DNA from: Minutocellus sp. GHC0000111
Taxonomy: Eukaryota
Length of the DNA: 64,000 bases
Direction: 5' to 3'
NCBI GenBank assembly: GCA_977018835.1
Contig: OZ361257.1
Location: 3,782,001-3,846,000, forward strand
Position 1 is the stretch's first letter. Every line of letters begins with the position of its first letter. A model generated the notes under the pieces. It did not search any database and was not told where the DNA came from. It saw only the letters and a program-made list of their open reading frames with translations. The position numbers were made by a program, and so were the translations under genes. Positions 10,601 to 23,176 of this stretch are shown here, one piece after another.

Positions 10601-13600
10601 TGAAAGGTCTATTGGCCGGTATCGAGACATCGCTGTCGTTCCTCCTCCATCAGATGGATCCAAAATGCATTCAGAGGGATGGAAAGTTGCCCATGATCCA
10701 GGTGGTGCTTGATCTAGCCCGGGATATTGACACTCCTTCTGCACCCGTATCCTCCTCTTCTGATCCTCAATCCACCCGGAAGCAACCACGCTGGACGGGG
10801 TTGGTATTCACCCCGTCCCTTGGCCATACCTTCGAAGGGAACGGCTTGGGGGACATGATCGATGGTGTTGTCGGGTCCCTGATGCATGTCTCGACGATGT
10901 TCAAGAGGCTCGATTGCGAAGGGACGTATGTGAAGGAGCTTGGGGCCAGTCCCGTTCTCAATGGGTACATATCGCTGCTGTCTGATCAACGCCATGATGC
11001 CGAGGTGGGCTGTCTCCGATTGAAGAAGCAGTACGAGAATTTTGCGTACCTATGGACCTCCGATTTGCCATCGTATTTCTCCGAATTCTGTCGGAAGGCA
11101 ACTACTACCACTGTCGGTGGATGCAATGTATTGGATCTGGAACAATTCGATGCCCTCATCAAGAAATGCAAGGGCGTACAGACGACGTTGGAGCAATTTG
11201 ATTCGATCGTTGATGTCGGCTGGTTGCGAGTCGACACGTCTCCCGCCAAACGTCAGATAACGGCCTGCGCCTCCTTATGGGTGGATACCATTACATCACA
11301 CATGCTCCGCACGATGTTCACCATCACGAGGGATCATAGCGCCTTCGTTTCGATGGTCCAGGACGGACTCGAACTGAAGGTGGTGGATGCCTCGGAGGGA
11401 GAACGGACAGACAGGACAAACGGGACAGAAACCGAGGTCGAGGCAATTGTCCAGCGAAGCAAGGATGACGGCGGTGATGGAGACAGTGCAGCACCTTTTA
11501 CCTCCAGACCCAAGGACCGACTTATGAAAATTATGATGGTATTGCGCGATGTTCGGAAGAAGGCCGAGACTGTATCTGAGCTCTTCGAACCCCTCAAGGA
11601 TTGCCTCCAATTGCTCAAATCCCACGGTGTCGACCTTAGCAGTAGCAGCAGCAGCAGCAGCGTCCCTGCTCCAAGGGATCGTACCGCTCTTACCAGAAGC
11701 AGCGGTGGCGATGGTGGTACTATTGGGTCTGATATCGATGCCATGGGGCTCCAAAACTTTTTGGAGGAGGCTCCTTTGGTGTGGGAATCGGTAATGAAAC
11801 AGACTTTGAAAAAGAAGGAAGAGATCTTGCCTTTTCAGAACCAATCGGTGGAAAACTTGAAATCGGATCTCGATGCCTTTGCTTTGACCATCCGATCCTT
11901 CCGAGGAGATTTCCGATCCGGCGCACCCTTTGCCTTTTGTGGCGAATGCACCTTGGCCTACCAGACTCTGGACGAGTATGCCGACAAGCTCCGGGACCTT
12001 GAGGCGCGAGTCCATGCGTACCAAGAGCTGGAGGAGCTATTCGAGCTACAACAGACTTCTTATCCTGAGGTAGGAGAAATGTGGAGGGAAATGAAGTACC
12101 TCAAGGACGTTTGGGACTTCAAGGCCATGGTCAGTTTGACCTTTGATAGCTGGAGGGCATTGCCGTGGAGAGATCTCGACCCGGAGAGCTTGGAGGGCCA
12201 AAGCAGGAAGCTACGCAAACAGCTCAACACCATGGGCAGTCAGTTCGCGTCCCTCAAGGGATGGCAGGTCTGCCGAGATGTTGGTGAATCGATCGACGTT
12301 ATGACGACCGTCCTGCCTCTGGTCGGGGAACTCCGCGCCGAGTCTATCCGTCCTCGTCATTGGTCGGCCCTAGCACGGTTTTGCAACGTCAAGGTGTTCG
12401 ATCCCACCTCCTCCTGTAGTCGATTCGTTCTGGACGATTTGCTCCTTCTCGGTCTTGACACTCACAAGGAGGAGATCGAAGACATTGTCGAAACTGCCGC
12501 CAAGGAGCTCAAGATTGAGCGGAAACTGACGGAGATCGACTCGATCTGGGGGCAGATACAGCTGGAGTATGTTCCTCACCGCGATACCAATGTCTGCTTG
12601 CCTCTTCCATCGGAAGAGGTCATCGAGTCCATCGAGGCCCACCAGATGGAATTGCAGGGTATCTATGGGATGGGCAAATTCATGGACCATTTCAAGGGCC
12701 GCGTCCTGTCGTGGCAGTCGTTGCTCCGGACTGTCGACGAAACGCTCACCCTGTGGGTGCTGGTGTCGCGTCTACGGGCGTCGCTGGAACCTATCTTTTT
12801 GGGCTCGGAAGATATCCGGTCGCAGCTTCCGGAGGACACCAAGCGATTTAACGACATCGACTCGGACTTTAAACAGCTCATGAAAGATACAACTGTGGAT
12901 GCCGAGCCCAAGGTGGTGGACGTCTGCTCAGTGTCGGGTCGGCTCGATCTACTCTGTGGGATGCGAGAGAAGCTGGAACTGTGTCAGAAATCACTGAACG
13001 AGTACTTGGACGTTAAGAAGAAGATCTTTCCCCGCTTTTACTTCGTATCTTCGGTAGCTCTGCTGGACATGCTGGCGAATGGTACGAATCCGTCCAAAAT
13101 CACGCGGTACCTCGGAGATTGCTACGATGCCCTGGCCGATCTGCGCTTCGTTGAGTTGGAGGACGGCACTCGCAGCCGCGATACAGTCGATGTCATGATT
13201 GCCAAGGACGGAGAGCAGGTGGAGCTGTCGGAACCATTTCGCATGGAGGGGGAGCTGGAGCACTATCTCAACCATCTCACCGAGGCCATGCGGTCATCTC
13301 TCAGGGCCATCCTGTCCCGTGCCCTTGAGAAGGCCGTCAACTGGGAGATTGAAACACCTCGCCACGAGTGGCTCTTTGACTACCCCGCCCAGCTGTGCAT
13401 CACCGGAACGCAGATCTATTGGACCGAGGAGACAACCCAAGCGCTCGAGGAATACGAGAGCGGTCAGGAGGATGCCGTGAAGCGGTACCTGCAGACCTGC
13501 AACAGCCGCTTATCGTCCCTCATCGAGCTGGTGGTAGGAGACCTGACGGCTGCCGATAGGACCAAGATCATTTCGCTCATTACCATGGACGTTCACTCCC

Positions 13601-16600
13601 GCGATGTGATCGGCAAGCTCATTCGAGACAATACGGAGGGTCCTGGAGCCTTCGCCTGGCAGCAGCAACTGCGGTTCGAATGGGATCAGAACAGCGCGGA
13701 CGTCGACGTTAGGATCTGCGACTATCACTGCAAGTACTTTTACGAGTGGGTCGGCAATACTGGCCGGCTCGTCATCACCCCCCTCACCGATCGATGCTAC
13801 ATCACCCTCACCATGGGCCTCAAGTTGTACCTTGGCGGTGCGCCGGCTGGACCTGCTGGGACGGGAAAGACTGAAACGACCAAGGATCTGGCCCGTGCTT
13901 TGGCCATACCGTGCTACGTCTTCAACTGCTCCGACCAAATGAACTTCCAGTCCATGGCTGACATTTTCCGAGGACTGTGCCAAACGGGTTCATGGGGGTG
14001 CTTCGATGAATTCAATCGGATTCCCATTGAGGTTTTGTCGGTCGTTGCCACCCAGGTCAAAACGATCCAAGATGCCATCGTTCATTTTTCGAGCCCCGAA
14101 AATCGCGACGAGGAGTTCCGTGCCCTCCCCGCTGGCACCCCCCCGACGAAGGTGGGGACGTTCGACTTTATGGGCGACGAGATATCACTGGTCCCGACTT
14201 GTGGCTTCTTTATCACCATGAATCCAGGCTATGCTGGCCGCACAGAGCTGCCCGAGAATCTCAAGGCCCTTTTCCGTTCCTGCGCTATGATCCGACCGGA
14301 TATGAAGCTCATCCAGGAGAACATGCTCATGGCCGAGGGCTTTCAGACCGCCCGAGCCCTGTCTGTCAAGTTCAACACTCTGTACGAGCTTTCGTCGACG
14401 CTCCTGTCAAAGCAGCCGCATTATGACTGGGGTCTACGGGCGGTCAAGTCCGTCCTTCGCGTTGCTGGGGGGATGAAGAGGGCGAACCCCACCCTCGACG
14501 AGAGTCAGGTCCTTATGAGGGCGCTTCGCGATTTCAACACTCCTAAGATTCCCAGTCACGACATCCCTATCTTCCTTCGTCTCATCAATGATCTGTTCAT
14601 GGGACAGACCGTTGATTCCAGGGTAGACGAAAGTCTCAAGGAGCGAATCGTCCGTGCCGCCAAGGCGAAAAACCTTCAGCACGACGAAACCTTTGTCAAC
14701 AAGACGTGCAATTTTCAGGAGCTGCTGGATGTTAGGCATTCCGTCATTGTTGGGCCCGGCCGGGTGTGGCAAGACGACCATCTGGAAGACGCTCCAGGAT
14801 GCGCACAATTTGGACTGCGGGGATACCGGCAATCATCACAGCAGGAGGGTGTGTGTCGCTGAGACCGTCAATCCCAAGTCTGTGACAGGCAATGAGCTGT
14901 ACGGGTACATGACGCTGGCCAAGGACTGGAAGGATGGTGTCCTCAGCATCATTATGCGTGGCATGAGCAAGAGTATTGCCCAACAGGGCTTTCATGACTT
15001 CCAGACCTCCAAGTGGGTGGTTCTGGATGGTGACATTGACGCGGTTTGGATCGAATCGATGAACACTGTCATGGATGACAACAAGGTTTTGACCCTGGTG
15101 TCGAACGAGCGCATTCCACTGTCTCCGTCGATGAGGATGGTATTTGAGATCAATTCGTTGATGAATGCCACACCCGCCACCGTCTCCCGTGCTGGTATTC
15201 TCTACATCAACGAGACCGACATCGGGTGGAGACCCTTCGTTGAGACGTGGATACAGCGACTTGATGGGGAAACAACGTCGTCGGTGGAGAAAAGTACGCT
15301 GCCCTCCCTCTTCGATGGCTACATTGAGCCTCTGGTGGAAATGACTCGTCGAGGCTACAAGGAGGTGACCAGTGTTCGCCTGATCAATAAGGTTCAGACG
15401 GTCGTCTACCTTCTGGAGGCTCTGCTTCTTACGATTCCCGTCCAAAAAAGGACAGCCGAGAACATTGAGCACATGTTTGCCTTCGCCGCCATGTGGGCCT
15501 TCGGCGGTCCGATGGTCGTCGACAAGTCAGGTGATTATCGTCGACGTTTTTCGGAAGAATTTGCCGCCGCCTTTGGCTCCAAATTCACCACCAACGCCGG
15601 CGATGGCTCTATCGGTGGTGGCAGTAGTGGCGGGAGCAACGGCGGCAGCGGGTCTGGCGCTGGTCCAAAGCCGACAGCGTCAACTTGCTTCGAATACTTT
15701 TTCGACGTGGAATCCAATCGTCACGTCCACTGGAAGACGAAAGTTCAACGGCATGTCCCAAGACCGATCGGAGATGGCCCAGGTCAGGTGCCCTTCCACA
15801 GCCTGTTCGTAGAGACGGTCGATTCAACGAGGGTGTCGTATCTGTTGGACAGGCTAGTGAGGAATGGTCGGTATGCTATGCTGGTGGGCAACGCCGGCAC
15901 TGGCAAGACGCAGGTCATCAAGAATTATTTGTCCAGCCTCGATAAGGAAAGCGATGGAATTGTGTGCAAGAACATTGTCATGTCGTACTACAGTTCCTCC
16001 CTCACCTTACAAAGGGAGATGGAAAGCCACATCGACAAGCGATCCGGATCCTACTACGGACCCCCCATGGGAAAGAAGATGGTGTTCTTCGTGGACGACA
16101 TGAATCTGCCGTACATGGAAACGTACGGCACTCAGAACGCCATTGCCCTTCTAACACAGCACATGCAGCATGGTTCCATTTTCGACCGTTCTGACCTCGG
16201 TTGTCGGAAGGAATTGATGGACACCCACTACGTTGCTGCGATGAATCCAACGGCCGGCTCGTTCGAGATATGCGAGCGTTGTCAACGTCATTTTGCCACC
16301 TTCTCCGCTTCAATGCCAGCAGCGTCGGATATTGACGGCATTTTCACCTCAATTTTAGACGGTCATCTGTCGAAAGGATTCTCATCGAGGGTTCAAGATC
16401 TCTCGTCCAAGATCGTCCAGTCGGCTATCCAAGTACAGGAGATGGTAATGTCGAACTTCCTACCCTCGGCAGTCAAGGTTATGTACAATTGGAATATGCG
16501 TGACCTGCGCAACATCTTTCAGCGTCTGTGCTTGGCCAAGCCAGACTACTACACCGACCCTACGTCGTTGCTCAGACTGTACATTCATGAAACGCAGCGA

Positions 16601-19600
16601 GTGTATACCGATCGATTCGTCACCGAGGATGAAGTTGCCATCTTTCACACCAAGTTTGTTGGTATTGCCAAGAGTACTCTCGGACCGGATGTCCTACCGG
16701 CTATTGACGCTCTCGATAGCGGCGACGGCGGCGACAGCGAAGATTCCGACCAACCCTCGCCCCTCGTGTACACCAACTTTGTCCACGGTTCTATGGATCG
16801 GGCATATTTGCCCCTGCCAACGTATCAGAAGCTTCGACATGTTTTGGACTCCAAGCTGACAGAATACAACGAGAGCAATCCCATGATGGATTTGGTCTTG
16901 TTCGAACAGGCCATGTTGCATGTCTCCAGAATTTGTCGCATCATTCAGAATCCTGGCGGGCACGCCATGCTTGTCGGGGTCGGTGGGTCTGGCAAGCAAA
17001 GTCTCTGTCGATTGGCGGCCTACATTAATGACTTTCAAGTCAAGCAGCTCCCGATATCCTCGACCTTTCGAGTTGAAGAGCTCAAGGAGGAACTAAAGGG
17101 GCTGTACACATCTACCGGGGTCAAGGGCAATCGTATTGTTTTTCTCCTCACCGATTCGCACATTGCCGACGAAGAATTTCTTGTGCACATCAATGCCATT
17201 GTCACCAGTGGATGGATCGCCGATCTATTCTCTAAAGAGGAAGTTGATGGTATTTTGGGATCGATTGCATCTAGCGCCAAGGCGGAGGGCATCGTTGACA
17301 CGCCCGAGGCTCGGCTCGGCTACTTCATGTCGCGCGTTCAAAAGAATCTCCGCGTCGTCTTGGCCTTTTCTCCCGTCGGAGATGCGTTCCGGATCAGGGC
17401 TCGTCGATTCCCAGGCCTCATCAACTGCACTGTGATTGATCAGTTCCATCCCTGGCCTCGTGATGCTCTCATTAGCGTCGCGGAGCGTTTCCTGGAGGAC
17501 GTGGAACTCAACATCACCGCTGAAGAATACAGCGGTACTACCGATGAGGGTGGAGGGCCTGCGACTCATGGTGTCGATACCACCACAATGCGCAGGAGTC
17601 TTGCAATTCATATGGCACAGCAGCATTTGTCAGTGGCTAAAATGTCCGAGCACTACCTCAAGACGCAGCAGCGCCACAACTACGTGACGCCCAAGTCCTA
17701 CCTGGAGCTCATATCGTTCTTCAAGTATCTTTTGGGCATCAAGAGGAGCGGGCTGCAACGACAGACGGACCGCCTCGACGTGGGTCTCTCAACATAGAGG
17801 AAGACTTCTCAAGACGTGACGGAACTGCGGAAGGACCTCAAGCTTACGCTTGAGCGCGCCGAAGAGAAAAAGGTGGCGACTGAGGGTCTCATCCAGCAGA
17901 TGGCCATCAAGCGAGAGGATGCCAAAGTCCAGCAGGAGGCAGCGCAAGTCGAGGCTGCCAAGGCCAATGAAGAATCTGAAAAGGCCAACACCATCGAGAT
18001 TCAGGCCGAGGAAGAACTGAGCGAGGCCAAGCCAGCCATGGAGGCGGCAGGGTCAGCCGTGGACTGTTTGAGCAAGAATATGCTGTCGGAACTCAAGAAT
18101 CTCGGCAAACCCCCTAGCGGCGTTGACAAGGTGACTAACGCATGTCTCATTTTGGTAGAGAAGGAATACACCGCCAAGAAACAAACTTGGGCCCGTGCGA
18201 AGGTGATGATGCAGAATGTCGATGCGTTCAAGTCCAAGCTATCGGCGTTCAGGGGAGAGGATATCACCGAGGAAGAAGTTTCGATGCTGCAGAAATACGT
18301 GTCCGATCCCGACTTTACACCGGAGAAAATGGCATCCAAGTCCGCCGCAGCGGCCAATCTGTGCACATGGGTTGTCAATATTTACAACTTCAACCGCATC
18401 TATGTCCGGGTGAAGCCACTTATGGATTCGCTCGAGGCTGCAAGGCGAAGCAAGGCCGATGCTCTGGCAAGACTCGAGGAGGCAGAGGCCAAGGTGGCCT
18501 GCGTCGAGGCAATTCTCGTGGAGCTGGGACAAAAGCTCGACCAAGCTGTCGCCGAGAAGCAAGAGGTAGAGGAACAAGCCAGTGCTCTCAAGGTGAAGGC
18601 AGATATGGCTAAGCGGCTCGTGGGTGGCCTCTCCAGCGAAAAGGTCCGCTGGGGGGAGGAGATTGAAAAGCTGGGACGGAGGTCGATGACATTGATGGGA
18701 GACTGTATGCTGGCATCGGGCTTTGTGTCGTACTTGGGAGCATTCGATCAGGAACTCCGGGAAGAGTTATGGAAAAAGCAGTGGATGGAGGACCTAGCCC
18801 ACCGACAAATCGCCTTTACGGAGGGACACAGCCCCCTGGATCTACTATCCGATAACAACAGCAATGCGAGGATGATATCGGATGGACTTCCTAGCGATCG
18901 GATATCTTTGGAGAATGGAGCCATTGTGGCCAACTGCAAGCGCTGGCCTCTCATAATCGACCCACAAGGTCAGGGCATCAAATGGCTGAAACGCAAGGAG
19001 GAGGGCAATCTCGACGTGGTGCAGGTGACACAGACGAATTGGCTCAAGACGGTTGAGAACGCAGTCAGAAACGGACGATGCGTCATTATCGAAAATGTCG
19101 GTTCCGAGATCGATGCTTCCCTCGGCCCTGTCCTGTCACGATCTATTTTCAAGCGTGGTCGCAGCCTGTACCTCAAGCTCGGGGAGGAGGAGATCGAGTA
19201 CGACGCAGCCTTCCAGCTTTACCTGCAGACAAATCTCAGTAACCCACACTTCCGACCCGAGGTGGCGGCCCAATGCACTATCATTAACTTCATCGCCACC
19301 GAGGGAGGACTGGAAGAGCAGCTCTTGGCCAAGGTTGTAGAGCTAGAGCGGAAGGATCTGGAGGACAGACTGAGTTCGTTGGCGCAGGCTGCCATTGAGC
19401 ATCAGATCCAGTTGGTGGGACTGGAGGACGATCTTCTGGAGCGTCTTGCCAACGCCCCAGACGATATTCTTGGCGATGCTCCCCTCATTGAGGGATTGGA
19501 GACAACCAAGAAAACAGCGAAGGAGATTGAGCAGGCTGTGGAGGCCGGAAGGGCCGCTCAGAACGAGGTGAAACAGGCACGAGAGCTATATCGGCCTCAG

Positions 19601-22203
19601 GCAGCCGAGGGAGCCATGCTATACTTCCTCCTCACAAAGCTATCTGCCATTGATCACATGTACCAGTACTCCCTCGATAGCTTTATGACTTTCTTTGAAA
19701 AATCCATCGCCAGAGCAACGAGAAGGGATGATGACATTGGCGCGCATGTTACATGCCTTCGTGAGTCGCTCCGGATGACGATCTTCACCTGGGTTTCGCG
19801 GGGGCTATTTGAGCGACACAAGCTCATTTTCCTTGCTCAGCTCGCCTTCAGTCTGATGCGGCGAGGGATGATAACGGCAAGTGCTGAAGGTGGCGTTGGC
19901 GTTGGTGACCGTACCAGCAGCAGCTGGAATGAAGAGCACTTTCAATTCCTAACGCGTGGGCCCACCAAAATTGGCGAAGCCAATCCTCTCTCATGGCTAC
20001 CCAACAGCGCTTGGGAGGCGATATCGGCATTGTGCGACTTGGAAGACTTTGGCAGGTTGAAGACTGATCTAATCGAGGCATCTCCTCGGTTCAAGGAGTG
20101 GTTCGACTCGACGACTCCCGAAAGCGAGAAGCTGCCCCTCGACTGGGCCAGCCTAGACAAGGAGCCTCTGAAGAAGATGCTAGTGGTGCGCTGTCTTCGT
20201 CCCGACCGGCTGATCGTGGCCCTAACGTCGTTCATTCGAACCAGCCTCCCCGCTGGATCGTCGTACGTGGACTGTGACTCCACCCTCAACAGCACTGAAA
20301 TTCTGGAACAATGTCTCTTGGATTCGACTTCCAAGACGCCCATCTACTTCATCCTCAGCCCAGGGGCAAACGTGGTGGCCGATCTCGATGTGATGGCCGC
20401 AAAGTACGGTCTTGAGAAGGGCGTCTCGTATCACAATGTGAGCATGGGACAAGGCCAGGATACAGTCGCAATGGCCTGTCTGGAGTCAGCCCGCCGCAAT
20501 GGCCACTGGGTCATCCTTAACAACGTCCAACTGATGCCGACATGGCTGGTGGAGCTAGAAAAGAAGCTTGATGAGTACGCTGAGGAGGGAAGTCACGACA
20601 AGTTCCGTATCTTTCTGACAAGCGACCCGTCTCGGACAATACCCATCGGTATCCTCAGCCGGTGCATCAAAATAACAAACGAGCCACCGTCCGGTCTCAA
20701 GGCCAACCTCAAGCGCGCGTGGTGCTTTTTCACAAAGGACGAAGTTGAGCAGATGGACTCAAAGACGAAGAGCATCCTCTTCGGCCTGTGCTATTTTCAC
20801 TCCATCATGATGGAACGCAAAACGTTTGGACCCATGGGTTTCAACATGAAGTATCCCTTCAGCATTGGCGATCTTCGTGATTCAGCCAAATGTCTGCAGA
20901 ACTACATGGACAACAGTACTGGTGGGAAGATCCCATGGGAGGATCTCCGATACATCTTCGGTGAGATCATATACGGGGGACATATTGTCAATGATTACGA
21001 TCGCCTCGTCGCCCAAGAGTATCTCAACTTTTACATGAAGGAAGAACTTCTTGACGAGACAGAGATGTATCCCTTCTCACAAGACAATTGCAGTGGCACC
21101 GGTGGGAACGCCAAGAGAAGGTTAGGAGGAGCAGGCAGTGGCGGCGGCGGCGGGGGTATTGGAAGTGGGAGCTCTGAGACACCGAGCTTTCTAAGTCCGA
21201 TCCCCACGAGCTTCGACAAATACGTTCATCACATCGACACGGCCATGACAGAGGACACACCCATCGCCTTTGGGTTGCACCCCAATGCCGAGATTGGCTT
21301 TCGAACACAGCAAAGCAATTCACTATTTCGTGCGTTGATGGGCCTACAGCCCAAGACAAATGGGTCGTGCGTTGGTAACAGCAGTAGCAGTAGCAGCAGC
21401 AGCAGTATTTCGAACCCTCAGAAGATCGCTGAAGTGGTATCCAACGACATTTTGGATCGTTTTGGTGACAAACACTTCGATACAGAGGAACTGATGCGCA
21501 GCTTCGACGACCGTATCAAAATGTTCTGGTTCAGGAGATGGAAATAATGAATTCCCTCCTCACCGAGATCCGCCGATCGATCAAGGAGCTCCAGTTGGGC
21601 TTTGCCGGTGAGCTCACCATGAGTGAGACGATGGAGGAACTGATGACTTGCCTCTACCTGGACAAGGTACCCACTACTTGGTTGTTCTGGCCAAGTGTTC
21701 GGCCCTTGGGCTCTTGGATTGGCAACGTATCGGATCGCCTGGCGCAGCTCGAAGAGTGGGGCGATGCCCAAGGGGAACTACCCAAGGTGACTTGGATATC
21801 TGGCCTTGCCAGCCCCAACAGCTTCCTCGAGGCTATTCGACAAGTGCAGGCTCAGAGGCAGGGTATACCCTTAAACGAGTTATCGCTTCACTTTGAAGTT
21901 GCCAAGTCCACAGACGAAGCGCCACGAGAGGGTGCATGCATCGGTGGTCTCTACCTCGAAGGGGCGAGACTTGATGATAAGAACATGCTCGCGAGTAGCA
22001 AACCGAAGGAAATGTACGTCAAATTACCAACATTACTCGTAAAGGCAGTGGCAGGGAGAATGCGAGGAGGAGTGTACCATGCCCCTCTGTATCTAAACAA
22101 AGAACGGGGGGCCGGATTTGTCTGCGAAATTCAACTTCCTACCAAGGATCCTCCGGCGCGGTGGTGCACAGCGGGGGTTGCCGCTATTTGCGATCAGGAG
22201 TAA
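7695..22203 (+). pseudogene. Axonemal outer-arm dynein heavy chain (beta / DNAH9-11-17-like), apparently intronless, broken by 3 frameshifts and 1 in-frame stop
   Basis: DHC tail, AAA1 GPAGTGKTETTKDLA and WGCFDEFNRI, AAA2 GPAGCGKT, AAA3 GNAGTGKT, AAA4 GVGGSGKQSL, stalk/MTBD, AAA5 RWPLIIDPQGQG, AAA6 and C-terminus WCTAGVA. Breaks: about 9618 (+1), about 14747, TAG at 17795-17797 in LST*RKT, about 21510. Confidence 0.85.
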
Positions 22204-22643
22204 TCTTATCCTCCTACGTACTTACGTACAAGCGAATTGAATTGATTTATTTATTTTAGAACACATTTGTTTGTGCAATCTCACCCTCCAACCCCTTTTG
22301 GCGAAGCTTCCTCAATATTCTTCCCTGACTTGACTCGATTTTTCAACATATTGGTCCTCGACTTGTTTGACAACTTCATTTCAGGGATAAAGTATCAGTG
22401 GTAGGTCATCCTTCATACTTCACCGGGCAGGCTGTCCTATTTGCTTGCCTTGGCCTCGATGCTTACAAACCAGCCCGGTCAGGTACTACGGTACTACTGC
22501 AAGTAAGTGCCCCCTTTTTCAGGTCTATTGAGGTGAACAAATAATTACGATGTGGTGTGGTTTATTCTGGTAGCTAGCTACTACGATCGTAGTGTCAAAT
22601 CAACATCCATACATACATACCTGGTACATGTAGAATGTACCTA

Positions 22644-22904
22644 GGAGTGAGTTTCGGTTTGAAAAAGAGAATTTCGGGCCATAAGGGCCTGATACGGAAA
22701 TCTAGATTCTGAGCGAACCGCTGGAAAAAAATGAACGAGGCTTTCTGAATCTAACTCTCATGTCTACCAACTAAATCAGGGCGTTGGCCTCGTTCATTTT
22801 TTTTCGGAGATTCCGGTCAGGATTTGGGTCCAAGTACAAATTTTGAGGCAAAAATTACGAGCCAAAAATTGAAAAATTCTCTTTTTCACAACCGAAGTCA
22901 CTCC
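22644..22904. mobile_element. MITE with GG...CC termini, about 30-bp imperfect TIRs, TA flanks in CTAG context
   Basis: Left TA|GGAGTGAGTTTCGGTTTGAAAAAGAGAATTT; right AAAATTCTCTTTTTCACAACCGAAGTCACTCC|TA; second copy at 31529. Confidence 0.8.
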
Positions 22905-23176
22905 TAGGTTGCAAGGTAGCTTACTACTCGTAGCTCGGTTATCTCTGAGGCTCAAAGGAAGAATAAAGAGAAATGTGTTTCGAAAAAGAGTTAGTACAAT
23001 CAACACCTCATCTGGTATCATTAATAATACTACTAGACTAGATCTAGAGTAGAGACGAGATCTCTAGGAGAGCGTAGTTAGTAGCACACTGCCATTCTCA
23101 GGTTCTCTTCGTTTGCTAATAGTAAAAACGATACGACTACATGTACAAATACTCAGATACTCTCGCAGAATTCTTT

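Noticed and set aside
17795..17797. Stop-codon reassignment or programmed readthrough (TAG in dynein, TGA in sigma)
   Set aside because: Single isolated cases with different codons; TAG and TGA end other genes here; the same genes also have frameshifts.
9600..21545. Dynein frame breaks as small introns
   Set aside because: Conserved protein sequence resumes almost immediately at 14747, 17795 and 21510, leaving no room for introns; no convincing GT-AG pair at 9618.
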